32,000 nucleotides of DNA from Aliivibrio fischeri ES114. GTDB lineage: Bacteria; Pseudomonadota; Gammaproteobacteria; Enterobacterales; Vibrionaceae. Numbering within the stretch: position 1 is the first letter of the stretch; each line of letters starts with the position of its first letter. Below, piece after piece: positions 26,158-32,000 of the stretch. The notes under the pieces are model-generated. The model was not told the origin of the DNA, did not search any database, and was given only the letters and a program-made list of their open reading frames with translations. Location of the stretch: the NCBI RefSeq assembly GCF_000011805.1, contig NC_006840.2; one strand, given 5' to 3'. A program made the translations under genes and the position numbers.

Positions 26158-27157
26158 TAAAAACGATTTAGAATTAATATCAGATAAAGTAGAGTCTTCT
26201 TTTGGTTTATTTAAAAATAAAAATATATTTATAACCGGCGGAACAGGTTTTTTTGGGAAGTGGCTTTTAGAGGCTATATTATATTTGAATTTAAAGAGAA
26301 ATTTAAATATAACAGTAACGTTGTTATCCAGAGACCCAGAGCGATTTAAAAACAATTATCCTCATTTATGTAGTAGTGATAATATAAGTTTTATAAAAGG
26401 AGATGTTAGAGATTTCCCTTTTCCTAATGAATATTTTAATTATATTATTCATGCTGCAACAGAGGCTTCTTCAACGCTAAATAAAGAAAATCCAAGTTTA
26501 ATGCGTAGTACGATAATGGATGGAGCTAAGCATATCTGCAATTTTGCGAATACCGTAAAATGCGAACGATTATTATATACAAGTTCTGGTGCAGCTTATG
26601 GCCCACAACCCCCCAATATGAAAGCCATGTCGGAGGATTTTATTATTAACCCTAACTTTAATGTTAATGATGCTTATTCTTCTGCAAAACTAGAATCTGA
26701 AGATTTTTTTAAGAATAATTTAAAATGCCAAATTATTGTAGCGCGATGTTTTGCTTTCTCTGGGCCTTATCTTCCCCTAGATGGAAGCTATGCATTCGGT
26801 AACTTTATTCGTGATGCATTAGATGGTAAAAATATATCTTTGAATGGTGATGGGACAGCTGTTCGTTCTTATCTTTATGCCGCAGATTTAGTTATTTGGT
26901 TGATGAAAGCATTAGTTATAGGACAAGATAGGACTATATATAACATTGGTTCTCCAGACCCTATTACAACGTTAAAATTGGCAGAAAAAATATGTGATGC
27001 TAGTGGTAATAATAGTAGTGTTAATGTTTTAAATAAGAGTTCAGATAGCGGGAATATTTATATTCCTTGCACGTTAAAATCACAAAGTGATTTAGATGTC
27101 GAGGTATATACATCTATTGATGAAAGTATACTTAAGACATTGAAGTTTTATCGGTAA
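26150..27157 (+). CDS. NAD(P)-dependent extended SDR; predicted reductase of the branched-sugar side chain (YerF-like)
   Basis: The preferred ATG at 26150 overlaps the upstream stop by 8 nt; alternatives are the ATG at 26135 and the TTG at 26120. It has a Rossmann motif FITGGTGFFGKWL, TSSGAAYG and YSSAKLESE (YxxxK). The functional call comes from context only. Confidence 0.55.
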   Translation: MINKNDLELISDKVESSFGLFKNKNIFITGGTGFFGKWLLEAILYLNLKRNLNITVTLLSRDPERFKNNYPHLCSSDNISFIKGDVRDFPFPNEYFNYIIHAATEASSTLNKENPSLMRSTIMDGAKHICNFANTVKCERLLYTSSGAAYGPQPPNMKAMSEDFIINPNFNVNDAYSSAKLESEDFFKNNLKCQIIVARCFAFSGPYLPLDGSYAFGNFIRDALDGKNISLNGDGTAVRSYLYAADLVIWLMKALVIGQDRTIYNIGSPDPITTLKLAEKICDASGNNSSVNVLNKSSDSGNIYIPCTLKSQSDLDVEVYTSIDESILKTLKFYR

Positions 27158-27230
27158 AGGATATGAAACTATCCAGTAAATATTATTGTGATTCAATGTT
27201 CATATAACGAATTTCTTTTTAATAAATTAA

Positions 27231-28160
27231 ATGGTAATAATGAAAAATAATATTACAGTTTGCATACCTACTTTTAATCGGTGTGAAAGTTTAAAAAAAA
27301 CATTAGGTCATTTACTTAGTTCAAAATCAATATCCTTTTCTGTTGTTGTGTCAGATAATGCTTCAGAAGATGATACCTGGGAGTATTTAAATTCTTTAGA
27401 TGATACAAGGCTTATTATTTCTAGGAATGAAACAAATATAGGATTCACTGGTAATATATTAAAAGTTTTAGAATTATCACCGACGGATTTTATATTGTTT
27501 ATGAGTGATGAAGACTTTGTCATACTAGAAAATATAGAAGAGATAATTAGAACTAATATTGATGATGATGTTGGTGTTTTCTATGGGGGAGTTCTCCATG
27601 AGAATAATTCGACATATTATTATAAATATAATAAAAAAACTTGGAAGAAAAAAGAAGCGTTAAATAAGGTTGTATTATCTCATAGCTATATGTCAGGTAT
27701 GATCTTTAATAAGAAATATTTGGATTTAAATAAGTTTAATACATCTATAGCTGATGAAGACGTAGTTCTATACCCTCATGAAATTATGGTTTATATGATT
27801 TTATGTAATGGAGGAAAGCTTGTGACAGACTCTTTACCTATTGCAAAGCAGGGGGAAGCCGTAGAGTCTGAAGCGATTATAAAATATAAATATTACGAAT
27901 ATAATGAAAGGTTGAAACTATTTAAACAATATTGTCGAGTAGTAAGTAATTTAGATTATGGTTTAATAGAATCTAGAATATTTTTTAAGAAAATGGCTAT
28001 TATCGCTTCATGTGTATTTGTGGATGAAGTTTTAATAAAAAAAATAAAACCTAAGCAATATTTGTCGGAGATATTTTCTCTTAATTGTGGTTGGTTGTTT
28101 AAACTTCAATTTGTTACATATTCATCGGCTGTTTTTTTAATGCGTAAATTAAAAAATTAA
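27231..28160 (+). CDS. Family-2 glycosyltransferase
   Basis: 309 aa: ITVCIPTFNRCESL, VVSDNASEDDT, FMSDEDF (acidic DxD-like). The ATG at 27240 is an alternative start. It is a paralogue of the next gene. Confidence 0.75.
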   Translation: MVIMKNNITVCIPTFNRCESLKKTLGHLLSSKSISFSVVVSDNASEDDTWEYLNSLDDTRLIISRNETNIGFTGNILKVLELSPTDFILFMSDEDFVILENIEEIIRTNIDDDVGVFYGGVLHENNSTYYYKYNKKTWKKKEALNKVVLSHSYMSGMIFNKKYLDLNKFNTSIADEDVVLYPHEIMVYMILCNGGKLVTDSLPIAKQGEAVESEAIIKYKYYEYNERLKLFKQYCRVVSNLDYGLIESRIFFKKMAIIASCVFVDEVLIKKIKPKQYLSEIFSLNCGWLFKLQFVTYSSAVFLMRKLKN

Positions 28161-28194
28161 AAAATTAAAAAATTAAATATAAATAAGTGAATTT

Positions 28195-29184
28195 ATGCTT
28201 CTTACTATAGCTATACCAACTTTTAATCGAGCTGAAAAGCTGGACTTGCAACTTAAAAATATTTGTGACCAATTAATTGAACTAAAAAGAGATGATATCT
28301 GTATCTTAGTTCAAGATAACCATTCAGATGATCAAACAACAGAGATTAGTAATAAATATATGTCTAAATTTGAAAGTATAGACTTTGTTTATTTTAGAAA
28401 TGAGTCTAATTTAGGCTTTGATCGAAATGTTAATTTGTGTTTGACTAATTCAAAAAGCAAATATACTTGGATATTATCTGATGATGATGATCTCAATAGT
28501 AATGCAATATTAACTATTATATCTGAAATAGATAGAAATGTTGGTAAATTTAATTTTGCTTTCATTAATTATATAGTTAGGTCATCTGAAGGTGTATGTG
28601 CGAATAAGTGCCCTAATATAAAAACTAAACTTGTTAATGGTATGAATTTACTTTATGAGATTGAACTATCTCATTCATTTATAAGTTCTTGTATATTTGA
28701 AGTTAAATCATGGCTAAATAAAGATGTGTCAGAATACTTTGATTCTCTCTGGATCCATCTGCTTGTAGCTAGAGATATTGTCCCTAACGGCAAGACCCTC
28801 TTAATTTCAGAACCCGTTATTACCATGAATATGCCTTCATTAGAAGAATCGAGAGATTCGGTTATATATGAAGATAAATTAGAGTTTTATACCAATGCAC
28901 ATATTCGAATTAGTAAGTTTTGTCACGAACTTGATAATTACGGCTACTCTAATGACTTGAAGCAGTATTTAGTCAATAAGTGTAGAGATTATGATCGACG
29001 ACAGGTTATTAACTATAAATTAACTGTCGAGCGAAATAGTTTTAAAGATATGGTTAGAATCGCAAAAGCGTATTATTCTGTAAAGAATAATACATGGAGT
29101 TATTTTTTGGTTTTATTGCCATTGATTTTATTACCAAGAGAGTTTTTCAAAGCTTTAAAGTGGCTTAAATATGTTCTTAAATAA
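28195..29184 (+). CDS. Family-2 glycosyltransferase
   Basis: 329 aa: LLTIAIPTFNRAEKL, VQDNHSDDQT, ILSDDDD. It has the same architecture as 27231-28160, with a hydrophobic C-terminal segment (YFLVLLPLILLP). Confidence 0.75.
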   Translation: MLLTIAIPTFNRAEKLDLQLKNICDQLIELKRDDICILVQDNHSDDQTTEISNKYMSKFESIDFVYFRNESNLGFDRNVNLCLTNSKSKYTWILSDDDDLNSNAILTIISEIDRNVGKFNFAFINYIVRSSEGVCANKCPNIKTKLVNGMNLLYEIELSHSFISSCIFEVKSWLNKDVSEYFDSLWIHLLVARDIVPNGKTLLISEPVITMNMPSLEESRDSVIYEDKLEFYTNAHIRISKFCHELDNYGYSNDLKQYLVNKCRDYDRRQVINYKLTVERNSFKDMVRIAKAYYSVKNNTWSYFLVLLPLILLPREFFKALKWLKYVLK

Positions 29185-30448
29185 GAAGATTAATAACAGG
29201 ATTTTAAATTTTAGTTTTATATTGCGTGGGATATCTTCAGGAGTTAAATTTCTTTTTGTTTTATATTTGGCAAGCTTCGCTTCTGGAGTTGTCGTTGGTC
29301 AATATGCTCTTATTGCTACGATAACTGCTATTACTGTTCAGTTAATTGGTTTTGATGTTACAACTATAATTGGTCGCCTAATTCATAAAACCGAACGTAA
29401 TGGTAAAGTTAAACTACTAGAGTCACAATATTCTTTTTATTTAATAAACTATATTGTTTTCTTTCCGTTAATTTTTTTCTTATTTTTAAAGTTTGTAACA
29501 GACGATTTTTTCTTCGCAATGTTATTTGGATTTACTATTGTAGTAGAGCATTTTTTTACTGAAGTTTTTAGAACATTAGTTTCTTTAGTTAAAGTTAAAT
29601 TTGCAACTATTATTCAATTTTTAAAATCAGTCCCTTATATAGTATTCATCATGCTATCCTCATTTTTTTATAATATTGATATATCTATTGAATTTATCAT
29701 AATATCGTGGTTGGTGAATTTATTACTTGTTTTCATATTTTTCTTTTTTAAATGTTGGAATGGTCTTAATTTAGATTTGTATTTCTTATTTGACAAGAAA
29801 ACATATGTAGGAATTAAACATTTACTTTTCAGTGCGATACCATATTTTTCAATTACAGTATTGGGCGTCCTATTTAGCCAGATAGATAAGTTTTTTATAA
29901 ATGATTATTTAGGTCATGAACTTTTGGGTGTTTACTTTACTTTTTTTACTATTTGTAGTGTTCTTACATTATTTATAAGTTTGACTGTAGGTGTAAATCA
30001 AGGTCCAGTAGTTATAAAAATATTTTCACAATCTGGGGTTGGTGCATATATTTCAGCAAGAAAACGGTTAGTGTCTTCTTATTTTAAGTATATAACGATA
30101 GGTTTTATCGTAAGTTTAATTGTTGGCTCTTTATATATATATATTTCTAATAAAGAAATTTATAGCGACAATTATTTATCCTTCTGTATATTACTTTTAT
30201 CAACAGCAATTCTTGCTTTTGGTCAAGTTTTTAGAGTTGATTTGTATTTACTAGAGAAGGATAAGGTTTTATTTTTAATATATCTTTCATCTTTGTTATT
30301 TAATCTATTGCTGCTATCTATACTGCTACCAATATATGGCGTATTAGGAGCAAGTATAACCTCTTTAATATCAACTTCTTTTATGGTTTTTACAAAAATA
30401 ATGCAGTCTAAAAAATATCTTAAATTGGTGGCTTTAAATGAGTGTTAA
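29171..30448 (+). CDS. wzx: Second Wzx-type flippase (MOP family)
   Basis: 425 aa with about 12 hydrophobic segments and no soluble domain. Its length and topology match 8230-9483. It overlaps both neighbours by 11-14 nt. Confidence 0.7.
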   Translation: MFLNKKINNRILNFSFILRGISSGVKFLFVLYLASFASGVVVGQYALIATITAITVQLIGFDVTTIIGRLIHKTERNGKVKLLESQYSFYLINYIVFFPLIFFLFLKFVTDDFFFAMLFGFTIVVEHFFTEVFRTLVSLVKVKFATIIQFLKSVPYIVFIMLSSFFYNIDISIEFIIISWLVNLLLVFIFFFFKCWNGLNLDLYFLFDKKTYVGIKHLLFSAIPYFSITVLGVLFSQIDKFFINDYLGHELLGVYFTFFTICSVLTLFISLTVGVNQGPVVIKIFSQSGVGAYISARKRLVSSYFKYITIGFIVSLIVGSLYIYISNKEIYSDNYLSFCILLLSTAILAFGQVFRVDLYLLEKDKVLFLIYLSSLLFNLLLLSILLPIYGVLGASITSLISTSFMVFTKIMQSKKYLKLVALNEC

Positions 30449-31541
30449 AGTAAATAATGCTATTTTATCAAGGGTGATTATTGACTCTCTTGAGAATGAA
30501 TACGAAATGGATGTTTATTTTAATAGGAAACTAAATAATAAATATATGTTTTTCAGGCCATATGCTAAAAATAATCATAACTTTATTATGTTTTTTTTGG
30601 AGTCTATTCTGTCATTTTTTCTTCTTTTGTTTTCATTTGCGATTCCTATTATTAACTTTAGGTTGATTAGGTTTTATCATAAAGGGGGGTCTAGAAATAT
30701 AATATTTATCCCTTCTCTAAAAGCTCAGTCTATACATGATGATATTGATGTTGACACAAGTAAGTTTGACTCTGAGATATCATTTATTAATGGAAGTAAG
30801 AAAGAAAAAAAACGATTTAAGAGTGGCGATTATACATTGTATTTATATTGTATTTTTTTGTTTTTTAAAAAATATTTTAATTCTCCTTGGTTTTATCGTT
30901 CCATTTTACTTATCCCTGAGATGATTGCTTTAGTTTCTTGTTTGAGGTTATCAAAAGCAAATAATATAGCTATGACAAATCAACTTGATAGATGGGCATA
31001 TCTAATATCGAGTTTTTCTAAAATAAATGATTGTTCTTTATCATTATATCAACATGGAACTGTTATTGGTGAATTTAAGCCAAAGAATAAGTTGCCAATA
31101 GTGAATATTTTATATAGTTATAACCAGGCGGAAAGGGATTTTTTTGAAAGTAACATTATAGATATTCTATGCGATTGTGTTTATTTGAAACCAAAAATAA
31201 AACTATCTGAAATTAGTCATAAAAGTAGTTTGTTGATTATTGGTTCAGGAAGTATTGAGCATTTCTCTATTGAGGTTGAGACTGTAAAATATTTAATGCA
31301 TAATAAGCGGTTTTTTGTATATATAAAACCACACCCGAATTTATTAGTTAATAGGAACTATTTAGAATTTGATAAAGAAAGATTAAGTATTATATCTGAT
31401 AATGTTTTTTTTCCAAATGTGGATGTGGTTATTCATTTTGGTTCTACATTGGCTATTGAATATGAAAATTCAAAAGAGAACATACGTGTAATCGAGTTAA
31501 ATAAAAACTCTAATATAATAGAAAAATTAAATTTAATTTGA
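30438..31541 (+). CDS. Uncharacterised membrane-anchored 'QHG...KPHP' transferase-like protein (distant paralogue of 9505-10824)
   Basis: 367 aa. There is an N-terminal TM segment (FIMFFLESILSFFLLLFSFAIPII). Then LYQHG, LLIIGSGS, FVYIKPHPN and VVIHFGSTLAIEYE occur in the same motif order as the 9505 ORF. I cannot name a confident family. Confidence 0.35.
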   Translation: MSVKVNNAILSRVIIDSLENEYEMDVYFNRKLNNKYMFFRPYAKNNHNFIMFFLESILSFFLLLFSFAIPIINFRLIRFYHKGGSRNIIFIPSLKAQSIHDDIDVDTSKFDSEISFINGSKKEKKRFKSGDYTLYLYCIFLFFKKYFNSPWFYRSILLIPEMIALVSCLRLSKANNIAMTNQLDRWAYLISSFSKINDCSLSLYQHGTVIGEFKPKNKLPIVNILYSYNQAERDFFESNIIDILCDCVYLKPKIKLSEISHKSSLLIIGSGSIEHFSIEVETVKYLMHNKRFFVYIKPHPNLLVNRNYLEFDKERLSIISDNVFFPNVDVVIHFGSTLAIEYENSKENIRVIELNKNSNIIEKLNLI

Positions 31542-31618
31542 ATTTAAAAAGATTAATACCACTGAAATATTTGTAGATCTTTCTTTTTAATGAATTATTG
31601 TGGTTTATAGAGGTTTGA

Positions 31619-32000
31619 ATGTTTAAAGATAAAATATTATTAATCACTGGTGGAACTGGTTCTTTTGGTAACGCAGTTCTAGATCGTTTTTTAGAAACGG
31701 ATATTAAAGAAATACGCATTTTTTCTCGTGATGAAAAAAAGCAAGATGATATGCGTAAAAAGTATAACTCACCTAAGTTAAAGTTTTATATTGGCGATGT
31801 ACGTGACTACAATTCAATTTTATCAGCCTCTCGTGGTGTTGATTTTGTTTTCCATGCAGCAGCATTAAAGCAAGTTCCTTCCTGTGAATTTCATCCGATG
31901 GAAGCGGTGAAAACCAATGTTTTAGGCACGGAGAATGTTCTTGAAGCTTGTATTGCGAATGAAGTTTCTCGTGTTGTATGCTTGAGTACCGATAAAGCGG
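31619..32000 (+). CDS. fnlA: UDP-N-acetylglucosamine 4,6-dehydratase/5-epimerase, CapE/FnlA/WbjB type (3' end outside window)
   Basis: This ORF is not in the track because it runs off the window. The ATG at 31619 is preceded by agagg. Translation reads MFKDKILLITGGTGSFGNAVLDRFLETDIKEIRIFSRDEKKQDDMRKKYNSPKLKFYIGDVRDYNS...FHAAALKQVPSCEFHPMEAVKTNVLGTENVLEACI...VCLSTDKA. This is nearly collinear with S. aureus Cap5E / P. aeruginosa WbjB as I recall them, the first enzyme of the UDP-L-FucNAc family pathways. Confidence 0.85.
   Translation, partial: MFKDKILLITGGTGSFGNAVLDRFLETDIKEIRIFSRDEKKQDDMRKKYNSPKLKFYIGDVRDYNSILSASRGVDFVFHAAALKQVPSCEFHPMEAVKTNVLGTENVLEACIANEVSRVVCLSTDKA

Noticed and set aside
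26113-26355. Minus-strand 80-aa ORF (and the similar 31510-31719 ORF), both containing PVPPVIN
   Set aside because: PVPPVI is simply the antisense reading of the Rossmann ITGGTG codons of the + strand SDR genes (26150-27157 and 31619-32000), so it is an artefact of conserved sense-strand sequence.
28146-28177. Octamer repeat (aaaaaatt) x3 plus partial copies, spanning the stop codon of the GT2 at 27231-28160
   Set aside because: This is low-complexity A/T sequence in an AT-rich spacer. Unit gain or loss would change at most a few C-terminal residues because stops recur, so there is no clear regulatory consequence.
30736-30924. 62-aa + strand ORF nested out of frame inside 30438-31541
   Set aside because: It is short, lies entirely within a longer ORF in an AT-rich region where random ORFs are common, and has no RBS or motif.
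1-32000. Mobile genetic element, prophage or defence island
   Set aside because: There are no integrase, transposase, recombinase, toxin-antitoxin, restriction or phage structural genes and no tRNA attachment site. Every sizeable ORF fits polysaccharide biosynthesis or export, apart from the four-helix-bundle protein.

Overview
All supported genes lie on the + strand and form a surface-polysaccharide super-locus from a low-GC, marine-type gammaproteobacterium (Vibrionaceae- or Alteromonadales-like; the taxon cannot be fixed from sequence alone). Unit 1 (1 to ~19.7 kb) holds the group-1-type export genes wza (5' end off-window), a four-helix-bundle ORF, wzb and wzc. These are followed by rmlB-rmlA-rmlC plus an atypical SDR, then a very AT-rich serotype-specific block: wzx, wzy, an O-acetyltransferase, two GT2 enzymes and two poorly characterised GT-B-like proteins. 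Unit 1 ends with a compact 4-gene CMP-Kdo supply module (kdsA-kdsC-kdsB-kdsD) and wecA. Unit 2 (~20.2 to 32 kb) opens with an ops/JUMPstart element and ddhD-ddhA-ddhB-ddhC (CDP-3,6-dideoxyhexose core). A ThDP enzyme and an SDR follow in the YerE/YerF arrangement, which predicts a branched-chain sugar. Unit 2 continues with two GT2 enzymes, a second wzx, an unknown HP-motif protein and the 5' part of a capE/fnlA-type dehydratase. I saw no transposase, integrase, CRISPR array, tRNA or rRNA. I do not see a defence-type or otherwise wholly new gene system. The least ordinary content is non-coding: a CTAG-rich family of purine-arm/pyrimidine-arm repeats fills every gap in wza-wzb-wzc, brackets the four-helix-bundle gene like an rRNA intervening sequence, and flanks wzb as direct repeats. 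A 15-unit heptamer array (AGGTGCT) sits between the two units. A promoter-hairpin-terminator cassette (candidate sRNA or attenuator) lies upstream of wecA.
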